From: an uncultured Lachnospiraceae bacterium
GTDB lineage: Bacteria > Bacillota > Clostridia > Lachnospirales > Lachnospiraceae
DNA length: 60,617 nt
Assembly: GCA_904420225.1 (NCBI GenBank)
Contig: CAJFUP010000048.1
Coordinates: 1 to 60,617 of the forward strand
Direction of reading: 5' to 3'
Shown here: positions 1 to 9,309 of the stretch, one piece after another
Layout of the letters: every line of letters starts with the position of its first letter
Position numbering within the stretch: the first letter of the stretch is position 1
Notes under the pieces: model-generated
Told to the model about the DNA's origin: nothing
What the model saw: only the letters and a program-made list of their open reading frames with translations
The model's database searches: none
Position numbers and translations under genes: made by a program

Positions 1-686
1 GGAACCCCAAGATGGCTCCGTACATCTACACCGAGAGAAACGGTATCTATATCATCGACCTGCAGAAGTCTGTGGGTAAGGTGGATGAGGCATATAAGGC
101 CGTATCCGATATCGTAGCTGAGGGTGGCACCATTCTGTTCGTGGGAACCAAGAAGCAGGCTCAGGATGCTGTTGCCACAGAGGCTGAGAGATGCGGTATG
201 TATTATGTGAATCAGAGATGGCTGGGCGGTATGCTGACCAACTTCAAGACCATCCAGAGCAGAATTGAGCGCCTCAGAGAGATTGAGACCATGTCTGAGG
301 ACGGAACTTTTGATGTTCTGCCCAAGAAGGAAGTCATCGCTCTTAAGAAGGAGTGGGAGAAGCTGGAGAAGAATCTGGGCGGAATCAAGAATATGAAGAA
401 ACTGCCGGATGCTATCTTTGTTGTGGATCCCAAGAAGGAAAGAATCTGTGTACAGGAAGCTCATACCCTGGGTATTCCGTTGATCGGTATCGCAGATACC
501 AACTGTGATCCGGAAGAATTGGATTATGTAATCCCCGGCAACGATGATGCCATCAGAGCCGTTAAGCTGATTGTTTCCAAGATGGCAGACGCCGTAATCG
601 AGGCAAATCAGGGTGAGGCTGTTTCCGATGTGGAAGAAGAGATGATGGAAGAGGCAGACGCAGCGGAAGAGACAGCAGAAGAATAA
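1..686 (+). CDS. rpsB: 30S ribosomal protein S2 (5'-truncated by window edge)
   Basis: [30 protein letters not shown] and DTNCDP...[10 protein letters not shown] motifs; frame is open from position 3; directly upstream of tsf. Confidence 0.99.
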   Translation, partial: NPKMAPYIYTERNGIYIIDLQKSVGKVDEAYKAVSDIVAEGGTILFVGTKKQAQDAVATEAERCGMYYVNQRWLGGMLTNFKTIQSRIERLREIETMSEDGTFDVLPKKEVIALKKEWEKLEKNLGGIKNMKKLPDAIFVVDPKKERICVQEAHTLGIPLIGIADTNCDPEELDYVIPGNDDAIRAVKLIVSKMADAVIEANQGEAVSDVEEEMMEEADAAEETAEE

Positions 687-814
687 AAACAGCGGTTCTG
701 CGCCCAGTGTGCAGGCTGTGTTTCATGGTTCATTCCCCAACTTTTCCCCATGGGAGGAGCTGGGGAATGCTGTGATATATGAACAGAGATATCGAACATT
801 TGGAGGTAAGAACA

Positions 815-1750
815 ATGGCAGCTATTACAGCAGCAATGGTAAAAGAGTTGAGAGAGATGACCGGTGCCGGTATGATGGATTGCAAAAAAGCCCTGACTGC
901 CACAGAGGGTGACATGGACAAGGCTGTTGAATTCCTTCGTGAAAAGGGTCTGGCCGGAGCCCAGAAGAAGGCTGGCCGTATTGCGGCAGAGGGTATTGTG
1001 GCCACTTGCGTGACAGAGGATGAGAAGAGCGCAGTTGTGGTAGAAGTAAATGCTGAGACAGATTTCGTGGCAAAGAATGAGAAGTTCCAGACATATGTGG
1101 CTGAAGTGGCAGCACAGGCTGTAAACACCACAGCTGCCGATGTGGAAGGTTTCCTGGCCGAGACATGGGCTTTGGATACCAGCATGACTGTGAAGGAAAA
1201 GCTGTCCTCCATGATCTCCATCATTGGTGAAAACATGAATATTCGTCGTTTTAAGCAGGTAAAGGAAGAAAATGGTTTCATTGCTTCTTATATTCACGCC
1301 GGCGGAAAGATTGGCGTATTGGTGGATGTGGAAACTGACGTAATCAACGATGGTGTGAAAGAAATGGCAAAGAACGTTGCCATGCAGGCCGCCGCTCTGA
1401 AGCCTCTTTACACCAATAGAAATGAAGTGGATGCTGATTACCTGGCAAAGGAAGAGGAAATCCTCACAGCTGCAGCTAAGCAGGAAAAGCCGGATGCCAA
1501 TGATAAGATCATTGCCGGAATGGTTAAGGGTCGTATCAACAAAGAGCTGAAGGAAATCTGCCTGATGGATCAGACTTACGTGAAAGCAGAAGACGGAAAG
1601 CAGTCTGTCAGCGCATACGTGGCAGAGGTTGCCAAGGCCAACGGCGCCAAGATCAATATCAAGGGCTTTGTTCGTTTTGAGACAGGTGAAGGTCTGGAGA
1701 AGAAGGAAGAAAATTTCGCAGAAGAAGTCGCAAAACAGATGGGAATGTAA
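815..1750 (+). CDS. tsf: Translation elongation factor Ts
   Basis: MVKELREMTGAGMMDCKKAL and EVNAETDFVAKN motifs; RBS GGAGG at 802-806; ATG at 815. Confidence 0.99.
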   Translation: MAAITAAMVKELREMTGAGMMDCKKALTATEGDMDKAVEFLREKGLAGAQKKAGRIAAEGIVATCVTEDEKSAVVVEVNAETDFVAKNEKFQTYVAEVAAQAVNTTAADVEGFLAETWALDTSMTVKEKLSSMISIIGENMNIRRFKQVKEENGFIASYIHAGGKIGVLVDVETDVINDGVKEMAKNVAMQAAALKPLYTNRNEVDADYLAKEEEILTAAAKQEKPDANDKIIAGMVKGRINKELKEICLMDQTYVKAEDGKQSVSAYVAEVAKANGAKINIKGFVRFETGEGLEKKEENFAEEVAKQMGM

Positions 1751-1766
1751 ACACTTTGCGCAAGTG

Positions 1767-1827
1767 CGGTGAAAATACAAAAAGAGCCGGTGCATATATG
1801 CACCCGGCTCTTTTTGTATTTTCACCG
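1767..1827 (+). terminator. Long inverted repeat / intrinsic terminator after tsf
   Basis: Perfect 24-bp arms CGGTGAAAATACAAAAAGAGCCGG (1767-1790) and CCGGCTCTTTTTGTATTTTCACCG (1804-1827) around a palindromic TGCATATATGCA core. Confidence 0.85.
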
Positions 1828-2015
1828 GTTTTACCGATAATACCATGGGGCTTTTCGTATCCGCAAATCCCATGTCTCGTAACCTACCGTGGAAAATTTC
1901 ATGGAACGCATAGAAAAAACCAGGAAGAGTCATACTGAAGAAGTGGCATGAAATTCCATGCCTTTTTCCATGGCTGAGGAGAAATGCTGTATTAAAGATA
2001 TCAAGGAGAGAGAAT

Positions 2016-2622
2016 ATGAATCTGGAATTCAAGGAAATTACAGCCAAAGATTTTGCGCGCATGCGTCCTTTCTATGAAATGCGCCGTAACCGCACTTGTG
2101 ACAGTGTTTTTTTGGAGAGTTTCATTTGGAAGGGCAAGTGAACAAGGAAATTTGGAATTATTGTACCATAAAGATCGTCTGGTGGGTATGCAGGCATGGT
2201 GGGGAAGGGAGAAACGAGAGCAGCGCTTTTTATACGTGGATGAAATATGGTCTGCAGAGACGAAGGAGACTTTGACTATGATGGTCAGAATTACGGATTT
2301 CATGGCGCTGCTTCCGGTCTTTTCTCTGTGGGAAGAGGGAGAACAGATCATTTGCTTACAGGTGGAAGATCCTCTGATCCCAGGCAACTGCGGGACTTTC
2401 CTGTGGACGCTGACAAAAGATGGCAGTACACTGGCTCGGATAGGGGATCTGGGAGAAGAAATGACAGCGCCATGCTTGAAAACAGGTATTGGAGATTTGA
2501 CATCTTGGCTGTTTGGATGGGGGGAAGCGCCATGCCTGTGGAGCCATATGGATAGTCATCTGATGAAGGAGTTGGAAAAAATAAAACGGGTGCAGGGTGT
2601 CTTCTTGGATGAGGTGGTATGA
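2016..2622 (+). pseudogene. Internally deleted, frameshifted remnant of a DUF2156-like + Eis/GNAT-SCP2 fusion gene
   Basis: RBS and ATG at 2016 give a 41-codon ORF MNLEFKEIT...RNRTCDSVFLESFIWKGK* (stop 2139-2141). A +1-frame C-terminal part carries MVRITD...LQVEDPLIPGNCGTF...IGDLTSWLFG...FLDEVV, an Eis-like SCP2 tail. Confidence 0.7.
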
Positions 2623-2718
2623 GCAGCCGGTATGCCCAACAGTCCTGTGAAAATGGCTTCCTGGGTATCATTCGCATAATATGGATCCCAAAAAGCCATG
2701 CTATGGTATGAGAAGGCA

Positions 2719-3645
2719 TCACGGATCGGACTCCGGGGCCGTCTGGATATCCTGCGTGGACTCAGGAAGATCCTCTGCGGTGAAATGGGACTGCCGGTAT
2801 TCTGTGGGAGACATACCGTATTCTTTCTTGAATGCCCGGTAAAAACTAGAGTAATCGTGGAATCCGTACTGAACCAGCAGGCGGCTGACGGGTACGGATC
2901 CCAGTATGGCGTTTTTGCAGGCGGCCAATCGTTTCTTCAGGATATACTGGTGAACAGGCAGCCCAATGGTGTCCTTGAATAAATGAGCAATGTAAAACTT
3001 GCTGACAAAGAATTCTCCGGCCAGCACGGATAGGGATAATTCATCGGCCAAATGTTCTGAGATGTAATCGCAGATGCTCTCATACAGGGAGTCGCTTCGC
3101 GGGCTGACAGAGGCATTCTGGTCATGGACCAGCCGATTAAGGTATAGCAGGAGACTGTCGATTTCCAGGCGAACTTTGGCGTCTTTGCCGAAACGATTGC
3201 CGCGGATTTCCTCCAAAATGGAGAATAGACGGGTATGAATGGTGTTGAAGGTGACAGTGTCGCTGGAAAAGAGATAGTTTTTTGATGTGGCCACATACTG
3301 CATCAGATAGCCGTAAGCGGTGGAGGTATCCATCAACCGGGCACAGTAGTCTCTGCTGATCCAGAGGACAAACCGGCGGTAGGGCTTATCCGGATTGATC
3401 ACGGAGGGAGAGTGGGGAGTATCCGGAGGGATCAAAAGAAAATCCCCGGGAGACACCAGATGGGAGCGGCCATTGATGAGGATGGACACATCTCCCTCCA
3501 GAAAAAAATAGAATTCATAGTAATCATGAGAATGGAGGGATACTGGCTTTAAATGCAGATCGCTGTAATAATAAAGCTCAAAATCCTGGGAAATCATATG
3601 TTGGCGGGTGGAAAAAACCGCTTGGAGTGTGTTTCTTTTTGACAT
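2719..3645 (-). CDS. AraC-family transcriptional regulator with N-terminal cupin domain
   Basis: HSHDYYEFYFFLEG...PH cupin motif; C-terminal double HTH ending GFHDYSSFYRAFKKEYGMSPTEYR; divergent from uxuA. Confidence 0.95.
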   Translation of the reverse strand: MSKRNTLQAVFSTRQHMISQDFELYYYSDLHLKPVSLHSHDYYEFYFFLEGDVSILINGRSHLVSPGDFLLIPPDTPHSPSVINPDKPYRRFVLWISRDYCARLMDTSTAYGYLMQYVATSKNYLFSSDTVTFNTIHTRLFSILEEIRGNRFGKDAKVRLEIDSLLLYLNRLVHDQNASVSPRSDSLYESICDYISEHLADELSLSVLAGEFFVSKFYIAHLFKDTIGLPVHQYILKKRLAACKNAILGSVPVSRLLVQYGFHDYSSFYRAFKKEYGMSPTEYRQSHFTAEDLPESTQDIQTAPESDP

Positions 3646-3731
3646 TTCTTCACCTCGGTTTGGTTCGTTATCATAATATCAGCGGGATATGGAATCAGCC
3701 TATGCCCCTGGTATCATTACTATAATAAAAA

Positions 3732-3797
3732 ACAGCAATTTTTGCAATGCTTACAACAATCCCGGCAATGGAAAAAAATGCCGGAATTTTTTATAAT
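3732..3797 (+). promoter_or_regulatory. Putative AraC tandem binding site and -10 box of the uxuA promoter
   Basis: ACAGCAAT-N4-GCAATG (3732-3749) and ACAACAAT-N4-GCAATG (3753-3770) with 21-bp period; TATAAT at 3792-3797; second repeat abuts a poor -35. Confidence 0.6.
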
Positions 3798-3844
3798 GGA
3801 ACCATCAAAAAACGGTAAAAATCACAGAAAGGAAGTAGAAGATT

Positions 3845-4915
3845 ATGGAAATGACACTCAGATGGTATGGGAGTAAATTTGATACTGTGACGCTGCAGCA
3901 GATTCGTCAGATTCCCGGCGTGACAGGTGTGATCACCACCCTCTATGATAAGGCGGCAGGGGAGGTTTGGCATGAGGACGAAATCCGCGCCATGATTGCC
4001 GAGGTTGAGGCCGCAGGGCTTCGCGTATCCGGCATCGAGAGCGTAAACATCCATGATGCCATCAAGACAGGGGCGCCGGAGAGGGAAGAGTATATTGAGA
4101 ACTACATCACCACTCTGGAAAACCTGGGGAAATGCGATATTCACATGGTATGCTACAATTTCATGCCTGTTTTTGACTGGACGCGCACCGAGCTGGCCAG
4201 AAAAAGGCCGGATGGATCCACCGTGCTGGCCTACACCCAGGAGGCGGTGGACAACCTGGATCCAGAGAAAATGTTTGACTCCATTGCCGGTGATATGAAC
4301 GATACGGTGATGCCGGGCTGGGAGCCGGAGCGCATGGCCAGGGTAAAAGAGCTATTTGAAATGTATAAGGATGTGGATGATGAGAAGCTGTTCGCCAATT
4401 TGAAATACTTCTTGGAGCGCATCATGCCTGTCTGCGATAAGTATGACATCAATATGGCCATTCATCCCGATGATCCTGCCTGGAGTGTATTCGGTCTGCC
4501 GAGAATCATCACTTGCAAGAAAAACATTCTCCGCATGATGCAGATGGTGGATAATCCCCATAACGGCGTGACCTTCTGCTCTGGATCCTATGGCACCAAT
4601 TTGGAAAATGACTTGCCGGATATGATTCGTTCGCTGAAAGGAAGAATCCATTTTGCCCATGTCCGCAACCTGAAGTTTAACTCACCCACAGATTTCGAAG
4701 AAGCCGCTCACCTTTCTTCCGACGGCAGCTTTGATATGTACGAGATCATGAAAGCGCTCTATGACATCGGCTTTGACGGCCCCATTCGTCCAGATCACGG
4801 CCGGATGATCTGGGGTGAAGTGGCCATGCCCGGATATGGGCTTTACGACCGTGCCCTGGGTGCCACCTACTTAAATGGTTTGTGGGAAGCCATTGTAAAG
4901 AGCAACAAAAAATAA
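3845..4915 (+). CDS. uxuA: Mannonate dehydratase
   Basis: MEMTLRWYG, CYNFMPVFDWTRT, AIHPDDP and IRPDHGR...PGYGLYDRALG motifs. Confidence 0.98.
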   Translation: MEMTLRWYGSKFDTVTLQQIRQIPGVTGVITTLYDKAAGEVWHEDEIRAMIAEVEAAGLRVSGIESVNIHDAIKTGAPEREEYIENYITTLENLGKCDIHMVCYNFMPVFDWTRTELARKRPDGSTVLAYTQEAVDNLDPEKMFDSIAGDMNDTVMPGWEPERMARVKELFEMYKDVDDEKLFANLKYFLERIMPVCDKYDINMAIHPDDPAWSVFGLPRIITCKKNILRMMQMVDNPHNGVTFCSGSYGTNLENDLPDMIRSLKGRIHFAHVRNLKFNSPTDFEEAAHLSSDGSFDMYEIMKALYDIGFDGPIRPDHGRMIWGEVAMPGYGLYDRALGATYLNGLWEAIVKSNKK

Positions 4916-5054
4916 TGTGCGATACGGTATATTGGTGATGTGGGTGGTGTGCGTGATGTTCGCGGATTAATTTGCATGATTGAAAAAGCGAAAGATACCA
5001 ATTGTATTGGCGTATCCTGGGGTTTTATAGATGAGGAAAGGTATGGTGAGAAAT

Positions 5055-6668
5055 ATGCAGCTAAATGAAAAGGGGCTGGAAAACAGAGAAGTCTGGGAAG
5101 CGGCTGGCTTTTCTCTTCCGCAGTTTGACAGGAAAAAAGTGACGGAAAACACAAAGAAAGCGCCGTTTTGGATTCATTTTGGAGCGGGAAATATCTTCCG
5201 CGCCTTTCAAGCCAATGTGGTTCAGAATCTGCTGAATGAAGGGGTATTGGACAGAGGTCTGGTGGTGGCAGAAGGCTATGACTATGAGATCGTGGAGAAA
5301 ATGAACCGCCCGTGCGATGATTATTCCATTTTGGTGACGCTGAAGGTGGACGGAACTGTGGAAAAGACCGTAGTGGGAAGCGTGGTGGAGTCGCTGATTT
5401 TGGACAGCGAAGACGAGACGGAATATTCCCGCCTGAAAGAAATTTTTGAAAACGACTCTCTGCAGATGGTGTCATTCACCATTACGGAGAAAGGATATAG
5501 TCTGGTCAACGGAAAGGGAGAACTCCTCCCGGCTGTGGCCGCCGATTATGAGGCAGGGCCTCAGAAGCCCCAGAGTTATATCGGTAAAGTGGCATCCCTT
5601 CTGTATACCAGGTTTCTGGCAGGGGAAAAGCCCATAGCCATGGTCAGCATGGATAACTGCTCCCATAACGGCGATAAGTTGTATGCGGCCATCACCGCAT
5701 TTGCCGATGCCTGGGAGGAAAACGGACAGGCGCAGAAAGGCTTTTCTGCCTATGTGAAGGATAAAACTAAAGTTTCTTTCCCGTGGACCATGATTGACAA
5801 GATTACGCCGCGGCCGGATGCCTCTGTGGAAGAGATTCTCAAAAACGACGGTGTGGAGGGACTGGAGCCGGTGATCACCTCCAAGAACACGTATGTGGCT
5901 CCGTTTGTCAACGCAGAGGAAGTGCAGTATCTTGTCATCGAAGATGCATTCCCCAATGGCAGACCAGCCCTGGAGAAAGGGGGATTAATCTTTACGGAGA
6001 GGGAAACCGTGGATAAGGTGGAGAAAATGAAAGTCTGCACTTGCCTGAATCCGCTGCACACGGCTCTGGCTGTATTCGGCTGTCTGTTGGATTATCAGCT
6101 GATCTCCAAAGAAATGCAGAATCCGCAGCTGAAGCGCTTGGTGGAGATCATCGGCTATGACGAAGGACTCCCAGTGGTGGTGAACCCGGGTATCATTGAT
6201 CCCAAGACCTTCATCGATGAAGTGCTCAATGTCCGTGTGCCCAATCCTTTTATGCCGGATACGCCTCAGCGCATCGCCACCGATACCTCTCAGAAGCTGG
6301 CCATCCGCTTTGGTGAGACCATCAAGGCGTACCAGAAGTCTCCGGATTTGAAGGTCAGTGATCTGAAGATGATTCCGCTGGTATTTGCCGGATGGCTGCG
6401 TTATCTGATGGCCGTGGATGACAACGGCAATCCATTTACCTTGAGTCCGGATCCCCTGTTGGATACGGTGTGTCCGTATGTGAAGGACATCAAACTGGGG
6501 GATACTGTGAATGCGCTTGAAGTACTGCGCCCTGTGCTGTCCGATGCCTCCATTTTTGGCGTGGATTTGTATGAGGCGGGGTTGGCCGACCAGGTGGCGT
6601 CATATTTCAGCCAGCTGATTGCGGGACCGAAAGCAGTGGAAAATACGCTGAAGAAATATGTGAAATAG
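5055..6668 (+). CDS. Mannitol-dehydrogenase-family oxidoreductase (probable D-mannonate oxidoreductase, UxuB-like)
   Basis: WIHFGAGNIFRAF, SFTITEKGY, SMDNCSHNG, MIDKITP and KVCTCLNPLHT motifs; follows uxuA; start codon uncertain (5043 or 5055). Confidence 0.88.
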   Translation: MQLNEKGLENREVWEAAGFSLPQFDRKKVTENTKKAPFWIHFGAGNIFRAFQANVVQNLLNEGVLDRGLVVAEGYDYEIVEKMNRPCDDYSILVTLKVDGTVEKTVVGSVVESLILDSEDETEYSRLKEIFENDSLQMVSFTITEKGYSLVNGKGELLPAVAADYEAGPQKPQSYIGKVASLLYTRFLAGEKPIAMVSMDNCSHNGDKLYAAITAFADAWEENGQAQKGFSAYVKDKTKVSFPWTMIDKITPRPDASVEEILKNDGVEGLEPVITSKNTYVAPFVNAEEVQYLVIEDAFPNGRPALEKGGLIFTERETVDKVEKMKVCTCLNPLHTALAVFGCLLDYQLISKEMQNPQLKRLVEIIGYDEGLPVVVNPGIIDPKTFIDEVLNVRVPNPFMPDTPQRIATDTSQKLAIRFGETIKAYQKSPDLKVSDLKMIPLVFAGWLRYLMAVDDNGNPFTLSPDPLLDTVCPYVKDIKLGDTVNALEVLRPVLSDASIFGVDLYEAGLADQVASYFSQLIAGPKAVENTLKKYVK

Positions 6669-6726
6669 GAAAATGGTTTCTCCAAATATCCAGTTTTCCG
6701 GGTTCTGCTAAAGCCCATGAGAAAAC

Positions 6727-6768
6727 AGAAAGAGAGACGATCTCATCAGTCAGATCGTCTCTCTTTCT
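6727..6768. terminator. Probable bidirectional terminator between convergent genes
   Basis: Perfect 17-bp inverted repeat AGAAAGAGAGACGATCT / AGATCGTCTCTCTTTCT with 8-nt loop. Confidence 0.75.
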
Positions 6769-6822
6769 TGTCGTGCCGACACGTTGCCGCGCCGAAACGA
6801 TATCTCTCTTCTCATCACTCCA

Positions 6823-7236
6823 TTACGGCGCCTGCCCTGCATCACCGGAGTTACGCATCTCCTGGGCGGCCTGGATGGCGGCTCGCTCCCGTTTCAGCTC
6901 CTCATAGCACTGGGAGATGGTCCAATGCTGGTTGGTGGGGGTCAGGACAGCTTTATAGGGAATGGAGCCAATCCCTCGTTTGTGGATGGCATCCAGTACC
7001 TGGTTAAGCCGGGAATGGGATAGACCACAGAAAATCATGGCTTCCGTTTCCAGGTCATCTCCCTGATAGTCTGGATAATCGTCTCCGTCCATGACGCCTG
7101 CCAGGACGCCCAAGGGCGTATTGTATTCCCAAAGCTCCACGCTGCGAATCTTGATTTTCATGGAAAGCAGGAGCATCTTGAGCCTGCGCGTCTGTTCCTG
7201 GTTGTCGAAATGGAAAAGTAAAATGGTTTCACGCAT
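6823..7236 (-). CDS. Conserved hypothetical protein (DUF3783-like)
   Basis: ETILLFH...AMIFCGL...LNQVLDAI...YKAVLTPTNQHW...YEELKRE pattern; downstream of apt. Confidence 0.75.
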   Translation of the reverse strand: MRETILLFHFDNQEQTRRLKMLLLSMKIKIRSVELWEYNTPLGVLAGVMDGDDYPDYQGDDLETEAMIFCGLSHSRLNQVLDAIHKRGIGSIPYKAVLTPTNQHWTISQCYEELKRERAAIQAAQEMRNSGDAGQAP

Positions 7237-7255
7237 GGGGGGATCCTTTCATGTA

Positions 7256-7786
7256 TTATTTTCCGGGATATGTGATCAGGCTTCTCACGTCATATCCGGA
7301 GAGCTTCTCACGGCCCTTCAGGCCAGCCAGTTCCATGACAAAACAGATGCGGACCACCTGACCGCCCAGTGTTTCCACCAGCCGGCAGGCTGCTTCCACC
7401 GTTCCCCCTGTGGCCAGCAGATCGTCCACAATGATGTATTTCCCGCCTTTTTTAATGGCGTCCTCATGGATTTCTATCTCTGCTTCCCCGTATTCCAGTG
7501 CATATTTGGCAGAAATGGTCTTCCGGGGCAGCTTGCCCTTCTTGCGGATGGGAATGAAGCTTTTTCCCGCCGCGTAAGCCACTGGCGTGCCGAAGATGAA
7601 GCCTCTGGCCTCCAAAGCCACAATCCCATCGTAATCGGCATCGGCGGTGAGACCCAACAGGCCATCCACTGACATATGGAATCCGTCCGGATCTTGGAGT
7701 ATGGTGGTGATATCACGGAAAATAATCCCCGGTTCCGGGAAATCGGGGATGCTGGTGACATAATCCTCTAATTTTTCACGTTTCAT
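7256..7786 (-). CDS. apt: Adenine phosphoribosyltransferase
   Basis: IPDFPEPGIIFRDIT, EARGFIFG, IRKKGKLP, YALEYG and IVDDLLATGGT PRPP motif. Confidence 0.98.
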   Translation of the reverse strand: MKREKLEDYVTSIPDFPEPGIIFRDITTILQDPDGFHMSVDGLLGLTADADYDGIVALEARGFIFGTPVAYAAGKSFIPIRKKGKLPRKTISAKYALEYGEAEIEIHEDAIKKGGKYIIVDDLLATGGTVEAACRLVETLGGQVVRICFVMELAGLKGREKLSGYDVRSLITYPGK

Positions 7787-8006
7787 GTAAAGCCTCATTT
7801 CTGTGGAACAGGGTGATGTCCACGTTTTTCTCATGATTAGTATACAATATTTCAGGAAAATGTGCAATGCAGGTTTTCTCTTGCCAACGGATGAAAAAAA
7901 CACGTATAATAAAAATGGGAAATCAAATCCCCCAAGCTCCCATGAATTGGTGGGGGAGGGATTTGAGTTGGGGGCAGGACGAGCTGTCCATGGAAAGGAG
8001 ATATGT

Positions 8007-9194
8007 ATGGAACGATTCAAACGCATTTTTGTGGTGGTTATGGACTCCTTCGGCGCCGGGGACGCGCCGGACGCGGCAGAGTATGGCGATGAGGGGGCCG
8101 ATACCATGGGGCATATCGCGGAGAGGACAGTGCTTCGCATTCCCCATCTGCAGAGACTGGGACTGGCCAATCTTCATCCTCTCAAGGGGGTAGATCCCGC
8201 AGAACACCCCATGGGATATTATACCAGGCTCAGGGAAAAAAGTGTGGGCAAGGACACCATGACCGGGCACTGGGAGATGATGGGTCTTTATACGCAGAAA
8301 CCTTTTATTACCTTTACAGACACCGGATTTCCGCCGGAGCTGATTCGGGAGCTGGAGAAACGCACCGGCCATAAGGTCATCGGCAATAAAAGCGCCAGCG
8401 GCACGGCCATACTGGATGAGCCGGGGGAGGAAGAAATTGCCACAGGGCATATGATTGTCTATACATCCGCCGACTCTGTGCTGCAAATCTGCGGTAATGA
8501 GGAGACATTTGGGCTGGATGAGCTGTATCGCTGCTGTGAGATTGCCCGGGAGCTGACCATGCGGGATGAGTGGAAGGTGGGCCGCGTCATTGCCCGGCCG
8601 TATGTGGGGAAAAAGCGGGGAGAATTCAGACGGACCAGTAACCGTCATGATTATGCGGTAAAACCGCCAAACCCTACGGTCCTGAATATGATGAAGGACG
8701 CAGGGCTGGATGTGCTGTCCATCGGAAAAATCAATGATATCTTTTCCGGAGAGGGGATCACGGATGCCATCAAATCCAAAAGTTCCGTTCAAGGCATGGA
8801 GCAGACCATTCAGGCGGCAGGCAGAGACTTTCATGGCCTGTGTTTTGTCAATTTGGTGGATTTCGACGCCCTTTGGGGCCACCGAAGGGATCCGGAAGGG
8901 TACGGAGCCGAAGTCATGCGGTTTGATGAAAAACTGGGAGAGCTGCTGAATGCGCTGGAAGAAACGGATCTGTTGATCATTACTGCGGATCACGGCAATG
9001 ATCCCACCTTTCATGGGACGGATCACACCAGAGAAACCGTGCCGTTTTTGGCTTGGTATAAAGGGCTGGAACGGGGCGGATGCCTGCCGCAGCAGGATAC
9101 CTTTGCCGTCATAGGGGCCACGGCGGCGGATAATTTTTCTCTGGCACTGCGGGATTACATGATTGGCCGTTCCATTCTGGGACAGATAAAATAA
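8007..9194 (+). CDS. deoB: Phosphopentomutase
   Basis: [43 protein letters not shown] and TADHGNDPT...DHTRE motifs; RBS AAGGAG. Confidence 0.97.
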   Translation: MERFKRIFVVVMDSFGAGDAPDAAEYGDEGADTMGHIAERTVLRIPHLQRLGLANLHPLKGVDPAEHPMGYYTRLREKSVGKDTMTGHWEMMGLYTQKPFITFTDTGFPPELIRELEKRTGHKVIGNKSASGTAILDEPGEEEIATGHMIVYTSADSVLQICGNEETFGLDELYRCCEIARELTMRDEWKVGRVIARPYVGKKRGEFRRTSNRHDYAVKPPNPTVLNMMKDAGLDVLSIGKINDIFSGEGITDAIKSKSSVQGMEQTIQAAGRDFHGLCFVNLVDFDALWGHRRDPEGYGAEVMRFDEKLGELLNALEETDLLIITADHGNDPTFHGTDHTRETVPFLAWYKGLERGGCLPQQDTFAVIGATAADNFSLALRDYMIGRSILGQIK

Positions 9195-9309
9195 AAGATA
9201 CTCCATTTTCTTCTTCAAAAAGCATGCTATAATGGGAAAGCAGAGGCGGCAGCGTCTTCGGCGTACGAAGACGCCGCTGTGTCCATACAAGCAGGAGGAA
9301 AGAAGAACC

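Noticed and set aside
608-2062. 484-aa minus-strand ORF, and similar long antisense ORFs (7923-9311, 9472-11061, 17619-18830, 18873-20627, 27610-29034, 53549-55051)
   Set aside because: Shadow frames opposite well-supported genes; no recognisable motifs.
2139-2141. TGA as a possible selenocysteine/readthrough codon, or a programmed frameshift at the T7 run (2107-2113)
   Set aside because: The downstream coding part is in another frame, and the N-terminal family pattern continues in frame past the T-run; a deletion is simpler.
9246-9278. GC-rich hairpin GCGTCTTCG/CGAAGACGC upstream of the ABC exporter as a riboswitch or attenuator
   Set aside because: No U-tract, no recognisable aptamer consensus and no alternative fold.
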